A stretch of 64,000 nucleotides of DNA, from positions 183,234 to 247,233 of the forward strand of contig NIVC01001709.1 in assembly GCA_002269645.1 (NCBI GenBank), given 5' to 3'. Made by a program: the position numbers and the translations under genes. The first letter of the stretch is position 1, and every line of letters starts with the position of its first letter. Origin of the DNA: Macrostomum lignano. Taxonomy: Eukaryota. Under the pieces are notes generated by a model. That model searched no databases, was not told where the DNA came from, and worked only from the letters and a program-made list of their open reading frames with translations. Positions 35,632-49,317 of the stretch are shown here, one piece after another.

Positions 35632-37509
35632 GGCAATTACATGATTTTTATGCGACAATGTCAGGGTCACATTATAAGACCGACTTAGAAGATTTTACTT
35701 TAAATGTTTGTATGTTATTAAAGTAAAATTTAATTTAATAACAAATAAATAAATGTCTTCTTTTTAAGTGTATAGTACATTTTTAAGTAGAAGTTCTTAA
35801 CCAGAATCTGCTTTACATAGATCAAATTTTGTTTCTACCAATCAACGAATAAAAAACACCGTACTTAATTTTTACCATTACTTTACAGTATTCTTAACTT
35901 TATTTGTATCAGCTCTATCGATTTTTTACTCTGAACGTTTATAACACGTCTTTAAAGCTATTCGACAACATTTCATTCCCGTTATAAGATATTCAGATAC
36001 AAGGTTCTAATATAATGATCTACTGGTGTGGAAAATTAGCTTCGACTGGAAACTGTATGTAGTTTAGGTAATATATATCGCACCATTCTCCTCAAAAGCT
36101 CAAATAAATAGGCCCTGCTGAGGCTTACAAAAGAGGCCACACTGCAATCATTCCTTTAGAATAGATGAAGGTTGCAGCATTTTACCGACGATCACCAACC
36201 ATATGCAGGCTTTGGTGGGTTTTGGTGGGGTGCTGGTGCTCTGTGTGCGTGCAGGGCTTAGGGCAGCCTCCCCCTCCGCTCTACGCTATTTAGTCACGCG
36301 TCGCGGCCACTGAGTCGGCGTAATTTTGGCAAAATATTTATGCAGTACATGTAATTCTACCGAGTCGCGTATGTATTTTTTTCTAACAACTGAAGACAAC
36401 TGAAGTGCATTGTAGGACGGTTCCCAAGGTTTTCTTTGAATTTAGCTGTAAGCCGGTAAGGAGTGTTTATTTGTCGTATTGCTTTGCATCTTCAGTAGTG
36501 TATGCTCTCAAGAAATCGGATTTATATGCGACCGAATTATGTATGGCGAACTGGAACTGCATCTCTAAAGATGCTAGCGATACAACAAATAGATGTGGCA
36601 TAAAAATTGACTAGATGTCAACACAGACGGCAAATTTTCAAGCAAGAACTACATAAGTCTGTGGTATATCGTGCTTGCGAAATATGTAGTGGCTCTTCTT
36701 TCTGATTTATTCTTAATGATTCTTACATAAAATGAGTAGAAATATATTTATTGTCACTTGTATATCGCAATAAAAGTTGTGCAGCTTCCTCTCTACACGA
36801 GAGAGACTCAAAGCGAATGAGTACTTCTAAGCTCGATCAGAGCTTGCATCGCGCATGATTAAAGCCGCATCCGCTGCTTAAGACCACAAAAGTGTGGTCA
36901 ACATGCCAGGAGAAGCCAGCCAGCAAAGACTAATTTGATAAAGCTGCCTTGTGCAGCTTTGAGTCAGGCTTTTAGACAGTGCTAATAGGTATATGGAGAT
37001 CTGAGGGAGTTGAGTGACAGAGGAGGACCTTAATGCACTGCACCCCACAGCGAGGCCCTCGCAGACAGCAAAGCGGAAAGGCATTCTTTATAAGCTAAAA
37101 TTGTCACGTTTCGAGTTTGCCGAACGGATGGAATGTCGGAAACTTTTTCGTTGTTCTCACCGCGACCGAGACGCACCCCGCGAGTAATATGAGGTCCTAA
37201 CGACTACATGATTCCGGCTTCCACGCTTCATCCAAGTCACGACTTTCACCAAAGGGAGGCAGGGGAGTGGCTATAGGTTGGGTAGACCAGCTTCCTGCAG
37301 TTGTCATGCGACTGCGAGCGAATTGCCACTGTTGAATAGCGGCGGCTCCTTGTGGATTTTTTTCAAGCTTGAAGTTTCAATTTGTAACTTTTGAGACGTT
37401 TTTTTTTCTAAACCGGATGGGGTTTTTGCCATCTCACTATATAGAAAAAGTTCGAGATCCTCAATTTACATGTATTGTCAAAGTCCTTAATCTATTTTCA
37501 AGACCCGAT

Positions 37510-38255
37510 CCTCAATCAATTCACAAGATCCTCAATCAGTTCCCAAGATCCTTAATTAGTTTACAAGATCCTTAATCATTTCACAAGATCCTCAATCAGT
37601 TCCCAAGATCCTTAATTAGTTTACAAGATCCTTAATCATTTCACAAGATCATCAATCAGTTCCTACTGGTAAGATCCTCAATCAATTCACATCTTCAATC
37701 AATTCACAAGATCGTCAATCAGTTCCTAAGATCCTCAATCAATTCACATCTTCAATCAATTCACAAGATCCTCAATCAGTTCCTAAGATCCTCAATCAAT
37801 TCACATCTTCAATCAATTCACAAGATCCTCATTCAGTTCCCAAGATCCTTAATTAGTTTACAAGATCCTTAATCATTTCACAAGATCATCAATTAATTCA
37901 CAATATCTTCAATCAATTCACAAGATCCTTAATCAGTTCCTAAGATCCTCAATCAATTCACATCTTCAATCAATTCACAAGGTCCACCATCAATTTACAG
38001 AATCCTCAATCAATTCACAAGGTCCACCATCAATTTACAGAATCCTCAATCAATTCACAAGATCCTCAATCAATTCACAAGATCTTCAATCAATTCAAAA
38101 GATCTTCAATCAATTCACAAGATTCTCAATCAGTTCCTAAGATCCTCAATCAATTCACATCCTCAATCAATTCACATCTTCAATCAGTTCACATCTTCAA
38201 TCAATTCACAAGATCCTCAATCAATTCACATCTTCAATCAATTCACAAGATCCTC
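37510..38255. repeat. Degenerate ~20-bp minisatellite (AAGATCCTCAATCAATTCAC)
   Basis: Units read directly. Confidence 0.88.
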
Positions 38256-38552
38256 AATCAGCTGTGCGGCCTGTGCTAAAAAAAAGGAAAAAGGCAGTCG
38301 TGCAGGAGAGGAGCATCGAATTCCTTGCGCACAATAGAGATAGAGCTGCCGCCGTGAGGGGAATAAGGCTCCCATTTCCTCCCTCTCCCTCTCTCCGTTT
38401 CTCCCCTTTCGCTTCCACAAATGCCGACCGAAGCGGGCCCTTGGTGCGCCGGAAATTAAATTCTGCAACCCCCACCCCCCTCCTCCCCAAGATGGGCAAT
38501 TTACCGCCGAAGAACCGCCAACTGAATCTCCTACTTTCCTCTGTTCCCCCCC

Positions 38553-38659
<107 letters not shown>

Positions 38660-38984
38660 GCTCTGCTTTGCTCAAAGCCGCCGCAGCAGTTACTACTGCA
38701 ACCAGGGGAGAGAAACAGAATGAAAAAAGGGAGCAGCCGCCATCCTTCATCCAATCTGCAGAGCATCAGTTCTCTTCTTCTCGTATCTTCTGCTTTTTCT
38801 GCTTCTTTCTCCTCGGAGCGTGTCTGCCCCCCGGGGGTGAAACGGGGAACTCTTCCTCCGTTTTATCTGGCCCATATTCGCGCAGGACGGGTGATGGGCT
38901 GCGACAGGCGCATGAATGGAGGATGCCCTACTCCTAGTTAGATCTAGGTGAGGTCCACGGAAGACGTCAATTCAGATACAGGGA

Positions 38985-40150
38985 AGGTGTCAATCTTGAT
39001 CTAAGGAAGGTGTTCAATGTAGATCTAAGGAAGGTGTTCAATGTAGATCTAAGGAAGGTGTCAATCTAGATCTAAGGAAGGTGTCAATCTAGATCTAAGA
39101 AAGGTGTTCAATTTAGATCTAAGGAAGATGTCAATCTTGATCTAAGGAAGATGTCAATTTAGATCTAAGGAAGATGTCAATCTTGATCTAAGGAAGATGT
39201 CAATTTTGATCTAAGGAAGATGTCAATCTAGATCTAAGGAAGGTGTCAATCTAGATCTAAGGAAGGTGTTCAATTTAGATCTAAGGAAGATGTCAATCTT
39301 GATCTAAGGAAGATGTCAATTTTGATCTAAGGAAGATCAATTTAGATCTAAGGAAGGTGTCAATCTATATCTAAGGAAGATGTCAATCTAGATCTAAGGA
39401 AGATGTCAATCTAGATCTAAGGAAGATGTCAATCTAGATCTAAGGAAGATGTCAATCTAGATCTAAGGAAGATGTTCAATTTAGATCTAAGGAAGATGTC
39501 AATCTAGATCTAAGGAAGGTGTTAATCTAGATCTAAGGAAGATGTCATTCTAGATCTAAGGAAGATGTTCAATTTAGATCTAAGGAAGATGACAATTTAG
39601 ATCTAAGGAAGGTGTTTAATTTAGATCTAAGGAAGGTGTCAATTTAGATCTAAGGAAGGTGTCAATTTAGATCTAAGGAAGATGTTCAATTTAGATCTAA
39701 GGAAGATGTCAATCTAGATCTAAGGAAGGTGTTCAATTTAGATCTAAGGAAGATGTCAATCTAGATCTAAGGAAGGTGTTAATCTAGATATAAGGAAGAT
39801 GTCAATCTAGATCTAAGGAAGATGTTCAATTTAGATCTAAGGAAGATGTCAATCTAGATCTAAGGAAGGTGTTCAGTTTAGATCTAAGGAAGATGACAAT
39901 TTAGATCTAAGGAAGGTGTTTAATTTAGATCTAAGGAAGGTGTCAATTTAGATCTAAGGAAGGTGTCAATTTAGATCTAAGGAAGATGTCAATCTTGATC
40001 TAAGGAAGATGTCAATCTTTATCTAAGGAAGATGTTAATCTAGATCTAAGGAAGGTGTCAATCTAGATCCAAGGAAGATGTTCAATCTAGATCCAAGGAA
40101 GATGTTCAATTTAGATCTAAGGAAGATGTCAATCTAGATCTAAGGAAGGT
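38985..40150. repeat. 23/24-bp minisatellite (AGATCTAAGGAAGATGTCAATCT)n
   Basis: About 50 copies. Confidence 0.95.
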
Positions 40151-40698
40151 GCTAATCCATATCTAAAAAAGGTTTCAATTTATTCTTCGGGTATCAGGTA
40201 TACTGAATATGAGAATTTCAAATAAGTCTAATAAAAAAATCGAGATCTAATCTTAATTTGTTAGTTCTGCCCATCTCAAAATCTTCTCTCTTCGCAAGGA
40301 AATAGAATTCTTTAATTATAATGCCTACGGGTCTGGGGACCGAGTTTCTGGCCACTTATCCTCGCTAGGTGTAATTTTTGTCACAGAAGCCATCACGCAG
40401 CTTTTCCAGCCGTCCTTGCCAGCCCACAGGCGGAACCTCAGTGCAAACCTCAACCAGTTGAGCTGTGGCAGCTTGGCTTCAAGCGGAAGTGCGCGTCTGA
40501 GCTTTCCCAGCTGCCATTTCCGGGATTCTGGCCGGCGCTTCGGCCGGGACCGAGGCGTTCCGGCGTGCAAAGCTGCCGGTTTTTTTAATGCTCGGCCGAA
40601 TTCTGGTGTTGCTGATGCTGTCTTGCTGACCTGGTCCAGTTATCTGCAGCTGTCAAGCCCCTGCATCCGCGTTGAGTCGGCACTGCCAGCACGAAAAT

Positions 40699-41133
40699 TA
40701 AGGGGTTTAGGTAAGGGTTAAGGGGTAGGGTTTAGTTTAGGGTTAAGGGGTAGGGTTTAGTTTAGGGTTAAGGGGTAGGGTTTAGTTTAGGGTTAAGGGG
40801 TAGGGTTTAGTTTAGGGTTAAGGGGTAGGGTTTAGTTTTAGGGTTAAGGGGTAGGGTTTAGTTTTAGGGTTAAGGGGTAGGGTTTAGTTTTAGGGTTAAG
40901 GGGTAGGGTTTAGTTTTAGGGTTAAGGGGTAGGGTTTAGTTTAGGGTTAAGGGGTAGGGTTTAGTTTTAGGGTTAAGGGGTAGGGTTTAGTTTTAGGATT
41001 AAGGGGTAGGGTTTAGTTTAGGGTTAAGGGGTAGGGTTTAGTTTTAGGGTTAAGGGGTAGGGTTTAGTTTAGGGTTAAGGGGTAGGGTTTAGTTTAGGGT
41101 TAAGGGGTAGAGTTTAGTTTAGGGTTAGTTTAG
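40699..41133 (+). repeat. 25/26-bp G-rich telomere-like array (TAGGGTTAAGGGGTAGGGTTTAGTT)n
   Basis: About 17 copies containing TTAGGG and G3/G4 runs. Confidence 0.93.
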
Positions 41134-41404
41134 CCACCACTCGGCGCTTCATTGACTGTCAGCTGGCTGACGCCGGCAGGCGCGCCGTATTTGATGTTGC
41201 TTTTGCTGCCATTGCTGCTATTGCTGCGCTTTTGAAGCACTTCTTTTCAGCTGTGTCAGCCATTTGAATTAGAAATAAAAATCAGCGTCGGCCAAGCAAG
41301 CGCAGCAAGTTAAGCAGCGTTGGTTGTGGTTAGTAAACAGATGAATTTGGTTGCGACACCCCTCAAGGGAACCAGAGCGAATTAAGGCGGTTTAGTAAGC
41401 GCTA

Positions 41405-41602
41405 AGTTGCAGTTCATCCTGCTGTGATTGGGCAGCCGCTCTGAGCTGCAGTTCACCCTGCTGTGATTGGGCAGCCGCTCTGGGCTGCAGTTCATCCTGC
41501 TGTGATTGGGCAGCCGCTCTGGGCTGCAGTTCATCCTGCTGTGATTGGGCAGCAGCTCTGAGCTGCAGTTCACCCTGCTGTGATTGGGCAGCAGCTCTGA
41601 GC
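41405..41602. repeat. 39-bp tandem repeat (GCTGCAGTTCATCCTGCTGTGATTGGGCAGCCGCTCTGG) x5
   Basis: Read directly. Confidence 0.92.
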
Positions 41603-41900
41603 TCAGCTGGTGGCGCGGCGCGTCTGACTCTCGCGCCACGACCCCGGGTTCGAATCCTTTCGTGGCCACATAAAATTGGGGCTTGCGCACGAAAAATGAG
41701 CCGGGGAGTTGTCGTTCTTTATGGCCAGCCTCCGAGACATTAGAAAGGATTCGAAAACAGGACCGCTGTACACCCCGTGTGAGCATGTGCATGAGTGCGC
41801 GCCTGCGTACAGCATTGTACATGAATGTGCTCTGGAGTCAGCGGACGGGGCAGAATTGCGCTGCACAGTTCTCCTGCAAATATTGCTTTCATATTTATCT
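41600..41900 (+). mobile_element. tRNA-derived SINE related to family 1, copy A
   Basis: A-box AGCTCAGCTGG, B-box GGTTCGAATCC (41647-41657), body motif ACATTAGAAAG..CCGCTGTACACCCCGTGTGAG. Confidence 0.72.
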
Positions 41901-41915
41901 ACTAGCTCTTTAAAA

Positions 41916-42205
41916 GGGGGGCGTAGCCCAGTGGTCCAGCGCGGCGATCTGATGTGCCAGCGGCCCAGGCTCGATTTCAAGTGCAGTCGCATTGATTTTG
42001 GGCTAAATTTGAATCTCGGCCCACAAGGCACCCCCAAGGCACAGTGAAGTGTACATGTTAGAGCCGCTGTACACTCCTGTGTGAGTGCCTGTGCGTATGA
42101 ATGCGTACGTATCCGCACGCTTGTGTGCCTGCTCAGGGGAGTCGGCGGAATGGGCAGTAATGCCTCTCGCCGGTTGTGTGACAATGTTGCTTGAAGTGCG
42201 CCAGG
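41916..42205 (+). mobile_element. tRNA-derived SINE family 1, copy B
   Basis: GGGGGGCGTAGCCCAGTGGTC A-box and GGCTCGATTTC B-box-like motif; near-identical head at 45070; body matches 7199-7388 (rc). Confidence 0.82.
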
Positions 42206-42764
42206 TTCGCTATTGCCAGAGCCATAAAAATCGGCATTCGGATTTTGAGTCCTTAGGACTTGAGATTTTTTAGCAGGCTCAAACCAGCAACACAGCGCTC
42301 TCGATGCTGAACTCCTACAATGTTTGCAGGGCATTATTCTATTTCCAAGGGTCTTATCGCCGCTGGGCAGCCTTCATAAATAGTTGATTAGCAGCAATGA
42401 GCAGAGGAATTCAGCCAACTCTCAAGCTCCGGGGTTCATCCTGACTCACTTGTCAAGTGTCAACACGGGCCCAGCCAGATGGAAATAAGACGTGTTGGAG
42501 AAGATTTTCTAAAGCCCGAACAGAAGGGTCAGCCAAGCTTGTTGTTGGGACAGAGTCAGATTTCTGGTGTAAATATTGGCATTAATAGCACAACGTCTCA
42601 ACTGGGAACTTTGAGTTGAGGGATCTCGGGGCCCACAGCCTCCACCTTGTTTCTCACCCAGTCTCTTTGTGGGTTTCATTCTGCAAATCTGCTTCTGCTG
42701 CCTCTGTGCTCCAGGCCCTCTGAAGTCTGCATCCGCTGATATGTTCTCTTGACCACCTTTATCG

Positions 42765-43405
42765 CCCTATCCTCTCTCTCGCCCTACCCTCTCTCTCTCG
42801 CCCTACCCTCTCTCTCGCCCTACCCTCTCTCTCGCCCTACCCTCTCTCTCGCCCTACCCTCTCTCTCGCCCTACCCTCTCTCTCGCCCTACCCTCTCTCT
42901 CGCCCTACCCTCTCTCTCGCCCTACCCTCTCTTTCGCCCTACCCTCTCTCTCGCCCTACCCTCTCTTTCGCCCTACCCTCTCTCTCATTCTACCCTCTCA
43001 CTCGCCCTACCCTCTCTCTCGCCCTACCCTCTCTCTCGCCCTACCCTCTCTTTCGCCCTACCCTCTCTCTCATTCTGCCCTCTCACTCGCCCTACCCTCT
43101 CTCTCGCCCTACCCTCTCTCACCCTACCCTATCTTTCGCCCTACCCTCTCTCTCGCCCTACCCTCTCTTTCGCCCTACCCTCTCTCTCATTCTACCCTCT
43201 CACTCGCCCTACCCTCTCTCTCGCCCTACCCTCTCTCTCGCCCTACCCTCTCTTTCGCCCTACCCTCTCTCTCATTCTGCCCTCTCACTCGCCCTACCCT
43301 CTCTCTCGCCCTACCCTCTCTCACCCTACCCTATCTTTCGCCCTACCCTCTCTTGCCCTACTCTCACTCGCCCTACCCTCTCTTTTGCCCTACCCTCTCT
43401 CACCC

Positions 43406-43445
<40 letters not shown>
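42765..43445. repeat. 17-bp minisatellite (CGCCCTACCCTCTCTCT)n ending in (CT)n
   Basis: Read directly. Confidence 0.93.
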
Positions 43446-43447
<2 letters not shown>

Positions 43448-43964
43448 CACCCTACCCAATTACCCGCATTATATCATGTTTCTATCATAGCTTCCATCTC
43501 GATCTGCCGCAACAATTCATTCCTAGAGGACAATATAGCAACAATATCAGAGCGCAACAAGATCGCAGTCTATAAAAAAAGCAAAAAAATCTGCCTTGAA
43601 GAGTGAGGCATTGTTTCTGGCTCCAGAAGTACGCTTCAGCAGAATCTGCTGCTGACTATATTGAATTGATTAAATGTATTGAATATTAAGGTGGAGAGGA
43701 GCAACTGCCGCCTGGGCCATTATGCCATAAATTATTTTAAGCCCGCCGACTCCTGTCCGCCTCGTTTTGCCAGCTTTCTGTCCCAGTTTTGCCGTGGAAT
43801 TTATGGCTCCTCCTTTGCTCCAGGGCGGGAAATGCCCTGCTAAGGAGAAGAAAAGCAGATTTCCCTCCATGGTTGAGGATTAGTCCAGCTTGAGCAGAGA
43901 TACCAACCGAGTTGACTGGCACTGATTTGCGCTACTAGTAAGCAGATTCTGAAACAGGGATGAG

Positions 43965-44540
43965 AGCGGAGAGGGGTAGCAGACAGGGAGATGGCGTAGG
44001 AGAGAGGGAGAGGGGTAGCAGACAGGGAGAGGGGTATCAGACAGGGAGATGGCGTAGGAGAGAGGGAGAGGGGTAGCAGACAGGGAGAGGGGGTAGCAGA
44101 CAGGGAGATGGCGTAGGAGAGAGGGAGAGGGGGTAGCAGACCAGGAAAGGGGTAGCAGACAGGGAGAGGGGGTAGCAGACAGGGAAAGGGGGTAGCAGAC
44201 AGGGAAAGGGGTAGCAGACAGGGAGAGGGGGTAGCAGACAGGGAGAGGGGGTAGCAGACAGGGAAAGGGGGTAGCAGACAGGGAAAGGGGTAGCAGACAG
44301 GGAGAGGGGGTAGCAGACAGGGAGAGGGGTAGCAGACAGGGAGAGGGGGTAGCAGACAGGGAGAGGGGGTAGCAGACAGGGAGAGGGGTAGCAGACAGGG
44401 AGAGGGGGTAGCAGACAGGGAGAGGGGGTAGCAGACAGGGAGAGGGGTAGCAGACAGGGAGAGGGGTAGCAGACAGGGAGAGGGGTAGCAGACAGGGAGA
44501 GGGGTAGCAGACAGGGAAAGGGGGTAGCAGACAGGGAGAG
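43965..44540. repeat. 20/21-bp purine-rich minisatellite (GGGTAGCAGACAGGGAGAGG)n
   Basis: Read directly. Confidence 0.93.
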
Positions 44541-45069
44541 CAGCGGAGTTGGAGCGAGAGAGAAACTATAGACAAGAAAGGGGACTTTTCTGTGGTGAGA
44601 ATGCCCATTCGTCTTGATGAAGTTAAAAGTGCTAAATTATTTTTTGAGGCACAGAGCAGGTCGGAGCCGTCAGTAACCGGAGACCGGAGGGGCTGCGCGA
44701 ACAAATATCGAAGCGCCACGTGCCTTCGCCCCTAGCCTGGGGGATTTTCTTCCTTCATGTCGCGACCTTCCAGTCTCCCTTACCCGAGCTCGACTTTCGA
44801 CTATCTGCCAGAGTCTCAAGCCGATTTTTTCCCGCACTTCCTCTCGCTCGCCTGCCGCGTCTGTGTCAGGCAATGCGGGAAAAATCTCCTCTTTGGCTAA
44901 ATGTCACGGAGAGATGCGGCCGATTATCTCAGTAGCTCGTAGCAGCCAGCGGACGCGCGTCAGCAGCTAAAGGGGTCGCAGCGTGCAGGAAAGAGGAAGG
45001 GCGAAAGTCTGAGAAACAGAAGCAGAAGCAGGCGGACCAGAAAGGATGGTAGATTCAGACTGCATGGCA

Positions 45070-45276
45070 GGGGGGGGGGCGTGTAGCCCAGTGGTCGAGT
45101 GCGGCGCTCTGATGTGCCAGCGGCCCAGGCTCGATTCCAAGTGCAGTCGCATAAAATTGGGGGATAAATTAAAATCTCGGCTTGGGTCTGCTTGTGCAAT
45201 TAACACCCTTGAAAGCCAAACCTCACAGTGAAGTGTACATGCCTACCGAAAATAAAGTTAGGGCCGCTGTACACTC
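45070..45276 (+). mobile_element. tRNA-derived SINE family 1, copy C (3'-truncated)
   Basis: GTAGCCCAGTGGTCGAG..CTGATGTGCCAGCGGCCCAGGCTCGATTCCAAGTGCAGTCGCAT matches copy B; ends at GGGCCGCTGTACACTC. Confidence 0.82.
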
Positions 45277-45279
45277 AGG

Positions 45280-45688
45280 GTAGCTGCAGAAGAGGCTGCA
45301 ACTACAGAAGAGGCTGTAGCTACAGAAGAGGCTGCAACTACAGAAGAGGCTGTAGCTACAGAAGAGGCCGTAACTACAGAAGAGTCTGTAACTACAGAAG
45401 AGGCTGTAGCTACAGAAGAGTCTGTAACTACAGAAGAGTCTGTAACTACAGAAGAGGCCGTAACTACAGAAGAGTCTGTAACTACAGAAGAGTCTCTAAC
45501 TACAGAAGAGGCTGTAACTACAGAAGAGGCTGTAGCTGCAGAAGAGGCTGTAGCTGCAGAAGAGTCTGTAACTACCGAAGAGGCTGTAGCTGCAGAAGAG
45601 GCTGTAGCTGCAGAAGAGTCTGTAACTACAGAAGAGTCTGTAACTACAGAAGAGGCTGTAGCTACAGAAGAGGCTGTAGCTGCAGAAA
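45280..45688. repeat. 18-bp minisatellite (TGTAACTACAGAAGAGGC)n
   Basis: About 22 copies. Confidence 0.94.
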
Positions 45689-46249
45689 GGACTCAAAAGG
45701 GGGAGGTTGATAGGTGAAATGATTGGACTGATGGCTGTTTTGGATTCTCTAGCCAGGCAATGCATGTTTTCGGCTGCAAAGCAGTTGACGCGCACCTAGC
45801 AGAAGCCTGGCTGCCACAAAGGCCCAGGCTGAATGCTATTCTATCCTTGATCTTGTTTGAAGTATTTTTAGTTCCCCCCAGTCGCCAGACGATGAACGGC
45901 ACAAATCGAAGTCGGCTCAGCTGTGCACTTATTCCTCATGAGCAGCATTCGGCTCCGTCAAAATACTGGGTTTGGGCCGCGCCTCACACGCGCCGGCGTC
46001 CGGAGTCGGGAAGGAGGGGGGGGGGGGTTGGCCGGGCGAAATTCGATTCCGCCTTCCGCCCGACGGATCGGGACTGATTGTGTCAAAGATTCGATACTCC
46101 CTGCTCGGCTTGTCGCATCCTCTTACACCCCCAGTTTTATCCCGGCGCCGTCAGTCCGGCTGCCAAAGTCTTTAAAGAGGCCGATCGATTGGTTGAATAG
46201 CGACCGAAGAGTCTCCCAGGGCATCCTTTGCTGCGCACCAATTTTGTGC

Positions 46250-47012
46250 ATTCACTGCACACTCGTTGCACACTCATTGCACACTCATTGCACACTCATT
46301 GCACACCCATTGCACACTTATTGCACACTCATTGCACACTCATTGCACACTCATTGCACACTCATTGCACACTCATTGCACACCGATTGCACATCCATTG
46401 CACACTCATCGCACACTCATTGCACACTCATTGCACACTCATTGCACACTCATCGCACACTCATTGCACACTCGTTGCACATCCATTGCACATCCATTGC
46501 ACATCCATTGCACACTCATCGCACACTCATCGCACACTCATTGCACACTCATTGCACACTCGCTTCACACTCACTGCACACTCGTTGCACACTCGTTGCA
46601 CATCCATTGCACACTCATTGCACACTCATTGCAACTCGTTGCACACTCATTGCACACTCGTTGCACACTCATTGCACACTCGTTGCACATCCATTGCACA
46701 TCCATTGCACACTCATCGCACACTCATTGCACACTCATTGCACACTCATTGCACACTCATTGCACACCCATTGCACATCCATTGCACACTCATCGCACAC
46801 TCATTGCACACTCATTGCAAACTCATTGCACACTCATTGCACACTCATTGCACACTCATCGCACACTCATTGCACACTCGTTGCACATCCATTGCACATC
46901 CATTGCACACTCATCGCACACTCATTGCACACTCATTGCACACTCATTGCAACTCGTTGCACACTCATTGCACACTCGCTGCACACTCATTGCACACCCA
47001 TTGCACACTCCT
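46250..47012. repeat. 11-bp minisatellite (CATTGCACACT)n
   Basis: Read directly; explains the HTHCTLIA ORFs. Confidence 0.95.
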
Positions 47013-47362
47013 ATTATACTCTGCACTCTGTACATTCCCTCTGAAACCTTGACTTCCCTTGCTAAACCTTGGTATCAAGTAGGGCAGGCGGACTTTACGA
47101 TGCCAATAATATTGAGCTGCGTGTCCAGGCCCCGTTCCCCGTGCCACTCCAAACAAACATCAGGATGCCGAAGTGAAGGCTTCGGGAGAGATAAGAGCGG
47201 TGGTGGAAAGTTTATTGGGTTCAGCAATAAAAATATTTATTGAGAATCCTTGCTATCAGTCTCGAGTGGAACCCGCCAATCTCTTATCTATTGCTTTCAA
47301 TCAAAACAAGCCTTCAGCCTGTGAGAACTTTGTGAGTGCTCCCAGCCTCCGATGGGGCTACG

Positions 47363-47898
<536 letters not shown>

Positions 47899-49317
47899 GT
47901 TAAATTTTCAAGCGCAGCAGGATTCTAAATTAGGATCGCTATGGGTGGATTACTTGAATATCCGGAATCAATCTTTTTAAGTCGCTCGGTCCCGGAATCC
48001 AGCGGAATCCAATCGAGCCATTTTATTGAGCAAAATTCCTAGCTAATAGAAAACACGCTTTCCAGCATCCAGTATAATCCCCATGGGATCCGTCCCTTCA
48101 TTAATCTGCTCAGAGACGCACGGGCAGCCTAATGACTTGAAATCCCCTGCCAAAACTTCCCGGCAGCACAGAGAACCGGATGCAGCTTCTCTGCATTGCT
48201 AATTACCAGTTCGCATGCCGACTTTCTCTGCCGCATGTCTCCAAGAAATGTTTCAGCTGTCAACCGAGGCCGCCTTTGTTTCTGGCAATAAATCTGGCAA
48301 AATGACTGATGTGAGGCGGCAATCTGGAGCGCCTTTAGCGGGCAGCTCGCACTTCTCAGACGAGTGCAGCAGATGATGCTGAGCAGTGCCAGAAAAACCC
48401 TCAGATTCCCAGAAAAAAAAATAGGTCATTAATCTTCATTCAGCCACTTCCTCGACAGAAGTGGAGAGGAGATTTCTCCCCTAAGTGGCTCGGCCGCTCA
48501 CTGATAACTATATATGGTACAAAGGAAACCGCATGCGCGCCACCAAAGATCTACTGAACGATTGACCGGGCGGTTCAGCCGTTGCAGCAGCTACTTACAT
48601 GTAAACCTATAGACCCATCTACATGTAAATAATGCATGTCTGTGCGGGTTCTGTATTTGCCTGTCACGCGCTAGGGACACTGGAGGACGCTGTCTTTCGA
48701 CTTCGCAAACCCTTGACAGTAACGGTCCTGAAGATGTCAAATCTTTCAGTTCGGCTTGCTCATTGTTGACAGTTTTACGAAAAATAACTCACGATAAATT
48801 CATCTTCTGTGTCTCAACTAAAAATGCTTGCAACTTGGACTTGTCGACTTAAGACTCAAGACTCCTTTACTCAGAAATTTATTCTCTACTCCTTTATTTT
48901 CCTCTTCGTCCGTGCCTATCGCCGCCATCGCTAAAATGGCCAAGTTCATGAATAACCAATGACCTTCGTGCCGGTGCAGCGGCCGGGATCGGCTGCATGC
49001 CGCAGCTGGGCCGCTGAGGGATTCCCGAGCGGCGGGCCGACTACTCAACCTCTCCTCGCCCTCAGCTCAGCCGCATTACGCTGCAGTCCGCATAGATCTA
49101 CTCAGTCGTTGATGAGCAGAACAGTTTTCTCAAGACTCAAGACCGGAGGCCAGAGTAGGGGGGGGACTCTAGGCGGTCATCTGTGACTTTTCCAGCTTGT
49201 AGAAAGCAAGACGCTAAGGAATGCAAGAGCGGCTGGGTCCGTCCTGTGCCATTGAAATTCTTTGCTAAGCAGCTTCTGCACATTTTCAGCAGATCAGTAC
49301 TTGGTGCTGCACTGCAG

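Noticed and set aside
37215-37260. GAAA plus palindromic GTCGTGAC on minus strand, like hammerhead stem III
   Set aside because: No CUGANGA core in the required position.
40699-41133. True telomere or chromosome-end signature
   Set aside because: Unit is a 25/26-mer, not pure TTAGGG, and it is flanked by ordinary sequence on both sides.
41600-41665. Possible tRNA gene
   Set aside because: A and B boxes are present but no convincing acceptor stem, and it is followed by a SINE body; classed as a SINE head.
48720-48790. Possible hammerhead ribozyme (CTGAAGA followed by a TGTCAA/TTGACA stem)
   Set aside because: No GAAA directly after stem II, and no stem III or NUH site.
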